Positions 28,152 to 37,923 of a stretch of 64,000 nucleotides of DNA are shown piece after piece (within the stretch, counting starts at the first letter, position 1; the number at the start of each line of letters is the position of its first letter). The notes beneath the pieces were generated by a model. It was not told the DNA's origin, searched no databases, and saw only the letters and a program-made list of their open reading frames with translations. Position numbers and translations under genes: made by a program. This DNA comes from Candidatus Latescibacterota bacterium (GTDB lineage: Bacteria; Latescibacterota; UBA2968; UBA8231), in contig CBDCXV010000001.1 in assembly GCA_965223905.1 (NCBI GenBank), positions 416,001 through 480,000 of the forward strand, given 5' to 3'.

Positions 28152-28728
28152 TCCGGTAATCGCGGAGATCCGTGAAGTGCGGCACCGCATCTCCGCGCGC
28201 TTTGATCATGATCCTGCGCAACTAGTGGGTTATTACATGGAACTGCAGATGCAGTACCAGGACCGAATGATTGGGACCGCCAAGGCAAGAGTAAGTAGCG
28301 GAAACAGAATTGTAGCCGGCAAGCAGACATTTCATACGAACTCGCATGGTCCTGATCAAGACGCCCTTCAACGCGGATTTGCGAAAACGACAGCATTGGC
28401 ACAAGCATTCTCGGGCAGCGCCTACGTTGCTGTTCATGGTGAGCGGAACATCCAGGATTGCTTTGAACCTCTTGTCGGGTCTGCAGGTGTGAAGGAACTT
28501 CTCAAATCGAAGTCAGTAAATCTTAATGACGTTGAATTCTATCTCCTGACCGAATGCATTGCACCAGTGTATGACGATCCGGCTCCTGTCTTTGCCCCTT
28601 ATGATAGTTTGAAATATACATTGTCTCTTCTACAGCAAGAGAAGTATACCGCGTTAGTATACGTACCGTGGACAAAGAGAGAACTCGACCAGTTCCTCGA
28701 AAAAATCCCGGATTCAGTTGAAATCTAG
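28132..28728 (+). CDS. Putative antitoxin-like N-terminus fused to an unrelated hypothetical region
   Basis: DPVIAEIREVRHRISARFDHD resembles the short partners found downstream of this PIN type. The tail of about 140 aa is lower GC. Confidence 0.6.
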   Translation: MEQNLSDPVIAEIREVRHRISARFDHDPAQLVGYYMELQMQYQDRMIGTAKARVSSGNRIVAGKQTFHTNSHGPDQDALQRGFAKTTALAQAFSGSAYVAVHGERNIQDCFEPLVGSAGVKELLKSKSVNLNDVEFYLLTECIAPVYDDPAPVFAPYDSLKYTLSLLQQEKYTALVYVPWTKRELDQFLEKIPDSVEI

Positions 28729-28841
28729 TCCAGGGGCAATCTACCTGAATGATGACCGCCGAGGGCATTCTGACGCCCAAGCTCATCTTGCACTGTAAAG
28801 CGCCGTAACGACATCCCCCCAACCTGGCCTTTTCATCCTCC

Positions 28842-29069
28842 GTGCGCGCCATCCTATACATCCTCCTTCTTCTCCTCTACGCCCTCCACAACGACCTCTG
28901 GCTGTGGGACGACGGCACCCTGGTGCTCGGCCTGCCCCCCGGGTTCCTCTATCACATCGGCTACTGCGTCGCAGCCGCCGGTCTCCTGGTCCTGCTCGTC
29001 AACTTCGCCTGGCCCCGGCACCTGTCCGAACCTGAGGGCGGGGAAGAGCCGGAGGACTCGCGGCCATGA
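28842..29069 (+). CDS. Small membrane protein (DUF3311-like), SSS transporter partner
   Basis: Two hydrophobic segments and HNDLWLW...LGLP. ATGA overlap with the SSS gene. Confidence 0.8.
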   Translation: MRAILYILLLLLYALHNDLWLWDDGTLVLGLPPGFLYHIGYCVAAAGLLVLLVNFAWPRHLSEPEGGEEPEDSRP

Positions 29070-30538
29070 CCCTGGGCGTCATCCTCGTCTACCTGCTGCT
29101 CGTCCTCTTCGTCGGGGGGCTGAGCCACCGCCTCTTCCGGGGGACCGGCGAGGACTACTTCGTCGCCAGCCGCACCGTCGGGCCGTTCCTGCTGCTGATG
29201 TCGCTGTTCGGCACCAACATGACCGCCTTCGCCATCCTCGGGGCCTCGGGAGAAGCCTACCACGAGGGGATCGGGGTGTTCGGCCTGATGGCCTCGGCCT
29301 CGGCCCTGGTCATTCCCTGCGTCTTCTTCTTCGTCGGCACGCGGCTGTGGGCGATCGGCAAGCGCCACGGGTTCCTGACCCAGGTACAGTACTTCCGCCG
29401 GCGCTGGGACAGCGACGGGCTGGGGCTGCTGCTGTTCGCGGTGCTGATCGCCCTCGTCGTTCCCTACCTGCTGATCGGGGTGATGGGAGGCGGACTGACG
29501 CTGCACCAGATCACCAAGGGGCAGGTCCCGGAGTGGGTCGGTGGGCTGCTGGTCTGCGCCGTGGTGATGACCTACGTCTGCTACGGCGGCCTGCGCGGCA
29601 CGGCCTGGGCAAACGCCTTCCAGACCCTCGTCTTCATGGTTCTCGGCGGCGTAGCCTTCGTCGTCATCCTCGGCGAGCTCGGCGGCCTCGAGGCGGCGAT
29701 GACGGCGGTGGCCGCCGCCCATCCCGACCTGATGGTCAGGTCGGCGCACATCGAGCCGGCCAAGTGGCTTTCCTACACCTGCATCCCGCTGTCGGTCGGC
29801 ATGTTCCCGCACATGTTCATGCACTGGCTCACCGCCCGCAGCGCCGGGACCTTCCGCTACCCGCTGATGTTCTACCCCCTGTGCATCGCCGCGGTCTGGG
29901 TGCCGAGCGTGACCCTCGGCATCGCCGGGCGCCTCGACTTTCCCGACCTCGCAGGGCCGGCGGCCAACTCGGTGCTGGTGAAGATGATCGACCTGCACGC
30001 GCCGGAGCTGCTGGCCGGGCTGCTGGCGGCCGGGGTATTCGCCGCGGTCATGTCCTCCCTCGACTCGCAGGTGCTGTCGATCGGGACCATGTTCACCCAG
30101 GACATCGTCCGCCACTACGGCGGGAAGGACAGCATGAGCGAGCGCCGGCAGGTGCTCTACGGCCGCCTCTTCGTCGCGGGGGTTCTGGTCGTCACCTTCC
30201 TCCTGGCGCAGGTGGCCGACCGCAGCATCTTCAAGCTCGCGGTCTGGTCATTCACCGGGTTCGCCTCCCTTTTCCCGGTGGTTCTGGCGGCGCTGTTCTG
30301 GCGCCGGAGCACGAAGGCGGGAGCCTTCGCCTCGATCGTCAGCGTCGTCCTGCTCTGGAGCTACTTCTTCGCCCGCGGCTGGGAGACCCCTGACTACACC
30401 GTCGCCGGCAGCGGCGTCATGCCGGTGGCCGTCATCCTCGCGGCGTCCGCGGCCGCCATGGTCGCCGGGTCGCTGCTGACGCGCCCGCCCGCGCCCGAGG
30501 TGCTGCGGCGCTTCTTCCCGGATCGGAACGGTTCGTAG
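29066..30538 (+). CDS. Sodium:solute symporter family protein
   Basis: EDYFVASR, YGGLRGTAWANAFQ, AAVMSSLDSQ and many transmembrane segments. Confidence 0.93.
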   Translation: MTLGVILVYLLLVLFVGGLSHRLFRGTGEDYFVASRTVGPFLLLMSLFGTNMTAFAILGASGEAYHEGIGVFGLMASASALVIPCVFFFVGTRLWAIGKRHGFLTQVQYFRRRWDSDGLGLLLFAVLIALVVPYLLIGVMGGGLTLHQITKGQVPEWVGGLLVCAVVMTYVCYGGLRGTAWANAFQTLVFMVLGGVAFVVILGELGGLEAAMTAVAAAHPDLMVRSAHIEPAKWLSYTCIPLSVGMFPHMFMHWLTARSAGTFRYPLMFYPLCIAAVWVPSVTLGIAGRLDFPDLAGPAANSVLVKMIDLHAPELLAGLLAAGVFAAVMSSLDSQVLSIGTMFTQDIVRHYGGKDSMSERRQVLYGRLFVAGVLVVTFLLAQVADRSIFKLAVWSFTGFASLFPVVLAALFWRRSTKAGAFASIVSVVLLWSYFFARGWETPDYTVAGSGVMPVAVILAASAAAMVAGSLLTRPPAPEVLRRFFPDRNGS

Positions 30539-30575
30539 GGACCGGGCCGGGCCGCGTGGCTTTTCTCGTTCCCCC

Positions 30576-31907
30576 ATGCGCGTAGGCTACATCACCGCCG
30601 GGGCCGCGGGCATGTACTGCGGCGCCTGCATCCACGACAACACCCTTGCCGCGGCGCTGATGCGCCGGGGGGTCGAGGTCGCCCTGGTGCCGACCTACAC
30701 CCCGCTGCGCACCGACGAGGCGGACGTCAGCCTGAAGCAGGTGTTCTACGGCGGCATCGGGGTCTATCTCGAGCAGAAGCTGCCGCCGTTCCGGCGCATG
30801 CCCCGGTTCGTCGACTGGGCCCTCAGGCGTCCCGCCCTGCTGAAGGGGGTGTCGCGGTTCTCCGCGGCGACGCGGGCCGAGGACCTCGGGGCCCTCACCG
30901 TGTCCGTGCTCAAGGGACCGGAGGGCCATCAGCGACGCGAGCTCGAACGGCTCGTCGAGTGGCTGCGCACCGATTTCAGGCCCGATATCGTGCTGCTCAC
31001 CAACAGCCTCTTCCTCGGCCTGGCGGGGAGGCTGAAGAGCGCCCTCGGGGTACCGGTGCTGTGCGCGGTGCAGGGGGAGGAGATCTTCCTCGAGGCGCTC
31101 GTCGAGCCGTACCGCTCCCAGGTCCTCGGCCTGCTGCGCGAGCGAGCCGGCGACGCCGACGGTTTCGTCGCCCCCAGCACATACGCCGCCGACTTGATGG
31201 CGCAGTATCTCCAGGTCGAGCGCGACCGCTTCCGCGTGGTGCCCCTCGGGCTGCACCTCCCCGGACACGGCGAAGGCGACGCCGCGGCGCCCCCTTCCGC
31301 GGAGGCGCCGTTCACCATCGGGTTCCTGGCGCGGATCTGCCCGGAGAAGGGGCTGCACCTGCTCGCCGAGGCGTTCGCGCTCCTCGCCGAAGAGAGAGGT
31401 GCGGAGTCGGTGAGGCTGCTGGCTGCCGGTTGGCTCGGCGCCGGCGACCGCCCCTACCTGAGGGAGGTCGAGGAAACCCTGCGGCGGGCCGGACTCGCGG
31501 CGCGCTTCGAGTACCGGGGGAAGCTGGATCGGACGCAGAAGATCCGTTTCTTACGGGAGCTCCACGTGCTCTCGGTGCCGGCCCCCTTCAAGGAGCCGAA
31601 GGGGCTCTACGTCCTCGAGGCGCTGGCCAACGGCGTGCCGGTCGTCCAGCCCGATCACGGCGCCTTCCCGGAGCTGATCGCGGCAACAGGCGGCGGCCTT
31701 CTCGCCGCCGGGGCCACGGCGGAAGCGGTCGCGGCCGGCATCGGGCAGCTGGTCGACGACGAGGCCCTGCGGCAGCGCCTGGCCGCCCGCGGCAGAGAGG
31801 CGGTTCGCGAGCGCTTCAACGACGGCGTCATGGCCGCCGAGACCCACGCCCTGTTCGAGCGCTTCGTTCCATCCCGCCCGTCCACCCGCAAAGAGGAAAT
31901 CCCATGA
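30576..31907 (+). CDS. Glycosyltransferase family 4 with an N-terminal CxxC
   Basis: ARICPEKG and EPKGLYVLEALANGVPVV. The N-terminus carries GMYCGACIHDN. Confidence 0.9.
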   Translation: MRVGYITAGAAGMYCGACIHDNTLAAALMRRGVEVALVPTYTPLRTDEADVSLKQVFYGGIGVYLEQKLPPFRRMPRFVDWALRRPALLKGVSRFSAATRAEDLGALTVSVLKGPEGHQRRELERLVEWLRTDFRPDIVLLTNSLFLGLAGRLKSALGVPVLCAVQGEEIFLEALVEPYRSQVLGLLRERAGDADGFVAPSTYAADLMAQYLQVERDRFRVVPLGLHLPGHGEGDAAAPPSAEAPFTIGFLARICPEKGLHLLAEAFALLAEERGAESVRLLAAGWLGAGDRPYLREVEETLRRAGLAARFEYRGKLDRTQKIRFLRELHVLSVPAPFKEPKGLYVLEALANGVPVVQPDHGAFPELIAATGGGLLAAGATAEAVAAGIGQLVDDEALRQRLAARGREAVRERFNDGVMAAETHALFERFVPSRPSTRKEEIP

Positions 31908-32374
31908 CCTGGTTGCTGTTCGCCTTCATCACCGTGGCCTCCTGGGGGCTGTACGGAGTCCTCCTGCACAGCGGACAGACGGCGATGGCCGATCCCGTCA
32001 ACGGGCGCTACAAGGCGTTCCTTTTCGTCGGCGTCGCCTATCTCCTGACCGCCGTCCTCGGTTCGCTGCTGGTGCTCAAGATCAACGGCGTCGACTGGGG
32101 CTTCCCGGTCAAGGGGGTCGTCTTGTCGACTGTAGCAGGAACCGCCGGCGCCATCGGGGCCTTCGGGGTACTGCTCGCCTTCGGGGCCAAGGGATCGCCG
32201 GCCGTGGTGATGGCGATCGTCTTCGCCGGGGCCCCGGTCGTCAACGCCGTCGCCGCGATGATCTTGCACCCGCCCGCGGCCGGCCTCGGCGCGCTCAGCT
32301 GGCCGTTCCTGCTCGGGATCGCCATGGCCGCAGGCGGCGGTTGCCTGGTCACCCTGTTCAGGCCGGGGTCGTAG
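31904..32374 (+). CDS. Small multi-pass membrane protein (EamA/DMT half-like)
   Basis: About five hydrophobic helices. AGAGGA ribosome-binding site and ATGA overlap with the GT4 gene. Confidence 0.8.
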   Translation: MTWLLFAFITVASWGLYGVLLHSGQTAMADPVNGRYKAFLFVGVAYLLTAVLGSLLVLKINGVDWGFPVKGVVLSTVAGTAGAIGAFGVLLAFGAKGSPAVVMAIVFAGAPVVNAVAAMILHPPAAGLGALSWPFLLGIAMAAGGGCLVTLFRPGS

Positions 32375-32381
32375 GCAGGCC

Positions 32382-32804
32382 GTGGCCTCGGAGTTTCGCA
32401 CCCGGCGCCGCATCGAGTTCGAGGACACCGACGCGGCCGGCATCGTCCACTTCTCCCGTTTCCACGTGTTCATGGAGCAGGCCGAGCACGCCTTCCTGCG
32501 TTCCCTCGGCCTCAGCGTGCACATGCATTTCGAAGGCGACCTGGTGAGCTGGCCGCGAATGGCCTCCTCCTGCGAGTTCTACGCCGCGGCGAGGTTCGAG
32601 GAGGTCGTCGACATCCACCTGCGAGTGGCGCGCATGGGTCCCCGGTCGGTGACCTACGCCTGCGATTTCTGGAAGGGGGAGGAGAAGCTGGCGAGCGGCG
32701 AAATCTCTTCGGCCTGCTGCATCTGCAACCCTGGCGAGCCGATGCGGTCGATCGAGATCCCGGCCCTCATCGCCGCGCGGCTCGACGAGGCGCCGCCGCG
32801 GTGA
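32382..32804 (+). CDS. Acyl-CoA thioesterase (4HBT/YbgC hot-dog fold)
   Basis: FEDTDAAGIVHFSRF...EQAE. Confidence 0.9.
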   Translation: MASEFRTRRRIEFEDTDAAGIVHFSRFHVFMEQAEHAFLRSLGLSVHMHFEGDLVSWPRMASSCEFYAAARFEEVVDIHLRVARMGPRSVTYACDFWKGEEKLASGEISSACCICNPGEPMRSIEIPALIAARLDEAPPR

Positions 32805-33517
32805 GCGGCGACCGCGATCCCCATGGCGCCTCCCGGGCCGGGGGTTTCCGGCTCGAGGTCCGCGGCCTGCGCAAACAGTTCGAGCAGGGCGGGCAGTCGC
32901 TGCGCGTCCTCGACGGGATCGACCTCGAGTTGGAGGCGGGCCAGTCGCTGGCGGTTACCGGCCCCTCCGGCTCGGGAAAGAGCACCCTTCTGCACATTCT
33001 CGGGACCCTCGACGAGCCGACCGGCGGGGCCGTGGAGATCGGCGGCCGCAACCCCTTCGCCCTGGCCGAACCGGAGCTGGCGCGGTTCCGCAACAAGGTG
33101 ATCGGCTTCGTCTTCCAGGACCACCACCTGCTGCCGCAGTACTCCGCCCTGGAGAACGTGCTGATTCCCGCGCTGGCCTTCGGCAGGCCGGACGCCGTCA
33201 GACAGCGGCGGGCGCGCGAGCTGCTCGAGCGCGTCGGCCTCGGCGAGCGGGCAGGGCACCGCCGCGCCGCCCTGTCGGGCGGGGAGTGCCAGCGGGTAGC
33301 GGTCGCCAGGGCGCTGATAAACGCCCCGCGCCTGCTGCTGTGTGACGAGCCGACAGGCAACCTCGACCGCGCCGCCGCCGGTTCGGTTGCCGACCTGTTG
33401 TTCGCGCTGCACCGGGAGGAGGGGAACATCCTGGTAGTGGTGACGCACAGCGAAGAGCTGGCCGCCCGCTGTGAACGGCGCATCGAGCTGATCCACGGGC
33501 GATGCGCCGAACGCTGA
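32801..33517 (+). CDS. ABC transporter ATP-binding protein (LolD/MacB-like)
   Basis: GPSGSGKST, LSGGECQRVA, DEPTGNLD and VTH. Confidence 0.94.
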   Translation: MSGDRDPHGASRAGGFRLEVRGLRKQFEQGGQSLRVLDGIDLELEAGQSLAVTGPSGSGKSTLLHILGTLDEPTGGAVEIGGRNPFALAEPELARFRNKVIGFVFQDHHLLPQYSALENVLIPALAFGRPDAVRQRRARELLERVGLGERAGHRRAALSGGECQRVAVARALINAPRLLLCDEPTGNLDRAAAGSVADLLFALHREEGNILVVVTHSEELAARCERRIELIHGRCAER

Positions 33518-36500
33518 CGCATTTCTGGAAGATCAACGTCGCGGTCGCCCTCGGCGCCGCGGTGGCGACCGCGGTGCTGACCGGGGCCCTCCTGGTCGGC
33601 GATTCGGTGCGCGCCAGCCTCCGCTCCCTCGTCCTCGACCGCCTCGGATCCGTCGACTGCGCCCTCGTGGCGCCCCGGTTTTTCCGCGGTGGGCTCGCCA
33701 CCTCCCTGTCGATCGACGACGAGAGCGGCGCAGGTGCCGGGGTGGCGCCCGTCATCCTCCTCGAGGGGGCTGCCACCCACGCCCGCTCCCGGGCACGCGC
33801 CCCGGTGCAGATCCTCGGGGTCGACGACCGCTTCAGCGCTTTTTTCGGCGATAATGGCGGGCTCCCCGCGATGCACAGGCAGGGCCCGTTCCCGCCGGCG
33901 ATACTGAACGAGCGGCTGGCCGCAGAGCTCGGTGCCGCTGCCGGCGACGCGGTGCTGCTGGCGCTGCCGCGGCGTGCCGAGGTGCCGCGCGCGACGGTGT
34001 TCGGGCGCCGCGACTCCGAGGACGTGGTGCAGACCCTGCGGGTGGTGGTCGCCGCGATCATTCCGGACCGCGGACCCGGCGGCTTCGGGCTGCATCCTCA
34101 CCAGGCGGCGCCGCACAACGTCTATCTCGACCTCGGCGACCTGCAACGGGAGCTCGGTCTTCCCGGAAGGGCGAACGCGCTGCTGGCCAGGTACCCGGGG
34201 GTTTCGGGCACTATCGCCTCCGCCGCCCTGCAACGGGATTTGCAAGCGGCCCTGGGCCTGACCGACCTCGGCCTGGTCCTGCGGGAGCTGCCGGGCCGCG
34301 GCCTCTTCGCCCTCGAGAGCGAGCAGTTCATCCTCGGCGACGCGCGCGCCGGCCTGGCCGCCGCGGCCGCATCCGGGCTCGGCATTCCCCGGCTGCCGCT
34401 CTTCACCTACCTCGCCAACAGTCTGTCCGCGGGCGAGCGCTCGCTGCCGTACTCGACAGTCTCCGCCCTCGGCGAGGGCGCTTTCGGCGGCGGTTTCGGT
34501 GAGATGCTTCTGGCCGGCGGCGGGCGGTTGCCGCCACTGCGGGAAGGGGAGATCGCCCTCAACGAGTGGGCGGCCGCGGACCTCGCCGTTGTCGTAGGGG
34601 ATTCCCTGCGCCTGGAGTACTTCGTCGTCGACGAGGGGGAGCAGCTGTCGGAAAGGTCCGCCCGCCTGCGGGTCGCCGGCGTTCTGCAGATGCGCGGCCT
34701 TGCCGCGGACCCGGGGCTGACCCCCCGCTATCCCGGCATTCAGGACGCCCGCGACATGTCGGCGTGGTCGCCGCCGTTCCCCCTCGACCTCGACCGCATC
34801 CGCCCCCGGGACGAGGCGTACTGGGACGAGTACGGGGCGGCGCCCAAAGCGTTCGTCTCCGAGGGGACCGGAAAAAAGCTCTGGGGCAGCCGCCACGGCA
34901 GCCTCACCGCCCTGAGACTCGGCGCCAGGCCGGGGGAGCCCCCGGCGGCTGCGGCCGCGGCCTTCGAGCGCGCCTATCTCGCCGCGGTGCAACCGCAGCG
35001 GTTGGGGATGAGCTTCATCCCGGTGCGGGAGCGCAGCCTGAAGGCCGCAGACGGGGCCACCGATTTCGGCGGGCTCTTCATCGGCTTCAGCCTGTTCCTG
35101 ATCGCCGCCGCGGCGATGCTGATGGGACTCCTGTTCCGCCTCGGGGTCGAGCAGCGGGTGCGGGAGATGGGGCTTCTGCGCGCTCTGGGCATGCCGCTGC
35201 GGCGCGTGCGCCGCCGGTTTCTCGGCGAAGGTCTGGCGGTCGCCGCCCTCGGTGGGCTGCTCGGAACCGCCGCCGCCGTCGCCTACGCCGGGATGATGAT
35301 GGCCGGGCTGCGCACCTTGTGGCGCGAGGCCGTCGGAACGGCGCACCTGTCCCTGACCGTCACCCCCGCCACCCTGGCCATCGGCTACGCCGCCTCGCTC
35401 ATCGTCGCCGCCGCGGTCGTCGCCTGGACGGTGAGGACCCTCGGCCGCCTGGCGCCCCGCGCCCTGCTGGCAGGCGAACCCTCCCGCCCTTCCACGCGCC
35501 GCGGAAAAGGTGCGTTACTGTTCGCCGCCGGGGCCGCCCTCGCCGCGGGCGCCCTGTCCGCAGCCGGGTCGCTGGTCTCCGCGGCGACGGCCAGCGTCCT
35601 CTTCTTCGCCAGCGGGGCGCTGCTCCTCGCCGCCGGGGTGGCCGGGTTTGCGAGCTGGCTGAGAACCGGAGGGGGCCCTGCATCCGGACTGCCGCCGACG
35701 ACCCTCGGGCTGGCGGTCACATCCACGCGGCGTCAGCCGGGACGCAGCCTGCTGGCTGCCGGCCTGGTGGCCTGCGCCTGTTTCGCGATCACTGCGGTGG
35801 CGGCCAACCGCCGCGCCGGCCTGCCGGACGCAGCCGCACTGGAGAGGGACTCCGGCACCGGCGGCTACGCCGTGAGGGCGAAAGCCGACATCCCCGTGTT
35901 TACGGATCTCAACGAAGACGACGGGCTGATCGAAGAGGGGTTCACTCCGGAAGAGCGAGCCATGCTCGGCGGCTCCCGCATCTTCCGCCTGCGCGGCTCC
36001 CCCGGAGAGGACGTGAGCTGCCTCAACCTCTACAAACCGGCGCGGCCTACCCTGCTCGGCCTGCCTGCCGGCTTCATCGAACGCGGCGGTTTCCGGTTCG
36101 CGGAGGCCGCTCCGGAAGCCGGGTCCAACCCCTGGGAGCTGCTCACCGAAGAGCTGGAACCCGGAGTGGTGCCGGCGATCGGCGACTACAACTCCGTGCG
36201 CTGGATCCTCCATTCCGGCCTCGGGGAGGAGATCCTGCTTGCGGACGAGAGTGGCGGCGAGCTGAGACTGCGCCTGGTCGGGCTGCTCCAGGGCAGCATT
36301 TTCCAGAGCGAGATCCTGGTATCGGAGGAGCAGTTCAAGCGCCACTTCCCGGGCGCCGAAGGCTACCGCTACTTCCTGGTCGAGGGGGGACAGCAGGAGC
36401 CGGCCTTGACCGCCGCCCTGCTCGAACGGCGCATGGAGACGTACGGACTCGAGGCGACGGCAACTCCATCCCTGCTTGCGCGCTTCGGGGCGGTCGAGAA

Positions 36501-36882
36501 CACCTACCTGTCGACCTTCCAGACCTTGGGCGGGTTCGGGCTGTTGCTGGGAACCGTCGGGCTGGCCCTGGTGCTGCTGCGCAACGCCATCGAGCGCAGC
36601 GGCGAGCTGGCCGCATGGCGCGCCTGCGGGTTCAGCCGCGCGCGCCTGCGGAGCATCCTGGTGCTGGAGAATGCGTTTCTGCTGCTGGCCGGCGCCGCAA
36701 TCGGAACGGTTGCCGCCCTGGTCGCCGTGGCCCCTCACCTGGCCGTGCACTTGAGCGGCATTCCCTGGGGATCGCTGGCGGCGACGCTGGCAGCGGTGCT
36801 GGGGTTCGGGGTTTGCGCCGCAGCGGCCGCCTCGGGGTTCGTCCTGCGCCAGCCGCTGCTCCCGGCCTTGAGAAGGGAGTAG
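33502..36882 (+). CDS. FtsX-like ABC permease with two fused modules and large periplasmic domains
   Basis: Two FtsX signatures, EQRVREMGLLRALG and ERSGELAAWRACG, each with transmembrane clusters. Confidence 0.9.
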   Translation: MRRTLTHFWKINVAVALGAAVATAVLTGALLVGDSVRASLRSLVLDRLGSVDCALVAPRFFRGGLATSLSIDDESGAGAGVAPVILLEGAATHARSRARAPVQILGVDDRFSAFFGDNGGLPAMHRQGPFPPAILNERLAAELGAAAGDAVLLALPRRAEVPRATVFGRRDSEDVVQTLRVVVAAIIPDRGPGGFGLHPHQAAPHNVYLDLGDLQRELGLPGRANALLARYPGVSGTIASAALQRDLQAALGLTDLGLVLRELPGRGLFALESEQFILGDARAGLAAAAASGLGIPRLPLFTYLANSLSAGERSLPYSTVSALGEGAFGGGFGEMLLAGGGRLPPLREGEIALNEWAAADLAVVVGDSLRLEYFVVDEGEQLSERSARLRVAGVLQMRGLAADPGLTPRYPGIQDARDMSAWSPPFPLDLDRIRPRDEAYWDEYGAAPKAFVSEGTGKKLWGSRHGSLTALRLGARPGEPPAAAAAAFERAYLAAVQPQRLGMSFIPVRERSLKAADGATDFGGLFIGFSLFLIAAAAMLMGLLFRLGVEQRVREMGLLRALGMPLRRVRRRFLGEGLAVAALGGLLGTAAAVAYAGMMMAGLRTLWREAVGTAHLSLTVTPATLAIGYAASLIVAAAVVAWTVRTLGRLAPRALLAGEPSRPSTRRGKGALLFAAGAALAAGALSAAGSLVSAATASVLFFASGALLLAAGVAGFASWLRTGGGPASGLPPTTLGLAVTSTRRQPGRSLLAAGLVACACFAITAVAANRRAGLPDAAALERDSGTGGYAVRAKADIPVFTDLNEDDGLIEEGFTPEERAMLGGSRIFRLRGSPGEDVSCLNLYKPARPTLLGLPAGFIERGGFRFAEAAPEAGSNPWELLTEELEPGVVPAIGDYNSVRWILHSGLGEEILLADESGGELRLRLVGLLQGSIFQSEILVSEEQFKRHFPGAEGYRYFLVEGGQQEPALTAALLERRMETYGLEATATPSLLARFGAVENTYLSTFQTLGGFGLLLGTVGLALVLLRNAIERSGELAAWRACGFSRARLRSILVLENAFLLLAGAAIGTVAALVAVAPHLAVHLSGIPWGSLAATLAAVLGFGVCAAAAASGFVLRQPLLPALRRE

Positions 36883-36930
36883 CCGCGTACCGGTCGTCCC
36901 CGGAAGCAGCGGCTCGAATCGAGGTAAGAA

Positions 36931-37923
36931 ATGGTGACAGAAAGCCACGCGTCCACGATCGCCGTCGACGGTCTCTCGAAGACCTACCGGGTTCCGGTGC
37001 GCCAACCGGGCCTGGCCAATGCCTTCAAGAGCATCTTCAGACGCGAGACCCGCGAAGTCGAGGCGGTAAGGGAGATCTCGTTCTCCGTCGCAGCCGGGGA
37101 GGTGGTCGGCTTCCTGGGCCCCAACGGGGCCGGCAAGACGACGACCCTCAAGATGCTGTCCGGCCTGCTCAATCCCGACGCCGGGAGGGCATCCGTTCTC
37201 GGACACGAACCGTACCGCCGAGAGCGCGATTTCCTCAGACAGATCACGCTGGTCATGGGGAATCGAAACCAGCTGATCTGGGACATTCCCGTTTCCGATT
37301 CGTTCGAGCGCAATCGCGCCATCTACCGGCTGCCGTCCGCATCGTTCAAGGAAACGGTGGCAGGCCTGACCGACCTGCTCGAACTCGGAGAGCTGCTCGA
37401 CAAACCGGTGCGCAACCTCTCCCTCGGGGAGCGGATGAAGTGTGAAATCGCCGCGGCGCTGCTGCACAGACCGAAGATCCTCTTTCTCGACGAACCGACC
37501 ATCGGACTCGACGTCACCATGCAGCGCCGGATTCGCGCCTTTGTCGCCGAGTACAACCGGATCTTCAACGCCACCGTCCTGTTGACGAGCCACTACATGG
37601 CCGACGTCGAAGCCCTCTGCCAGCGCGTCATCGTCATCCACCACGGGCAGCTGCTGTTCGACGGCGACCTCGCCGACCTCGTGGAGCGTTTCGCTCCCCA
37701 CAAGACGATCGTCGTCGAGTTGGAAAGGGAAGGAGTCGACGTGACCCGGTTCGGGGAAGTGGTCGGCAGCGAAGGGCTGCGGCACACCCTGCTGGTGCCC
37801 AAGGAGGAGACCGCGCGCGTCACCGGTGAACTGCTGGCCGAGCTGCCGGTGGCCGACCTCACGGTCGAAGATCCCCCGATCGAGGAAGTGATCGAGCAGG
37901 TGTTCGCGCAGGAGGCGCCATGA
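36931..37923 (+). CDS. ABC-2 type exporter ATP-binding protein
   Basis: GPNGAGKTT, LSLGERMK, LDEPTIGLD and TSH. Confidence 0.94.
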   Translation: MVTESHASTIAVDGLSKTYRVPVRQPGLANAFKSIFRRETREVEAVREISFSVAAGEVVGFLGPNGAGKTTTLKMLSGLLNPDAGRASVLGHEPYRRERDFLRQITLVMGNRNQLIWDIPVSDSFERNRAIYRLPSASFKETVAGLTDLLELGELLDKPVRNLSLGERMKCEIAAALLHRPKILFLDEPTIGLDVTMQRRIRAFVAEYNRIFNATVLLTSHYMADVEALCQRVIVIHHGQLLFDGDLADLVERFAPHKTIVVELEREGVDVTRFGEVVGSEGLRHTLLVPKEETARVTGELLAELPVADLTVEDPPIEEVIEQVFAQEAP

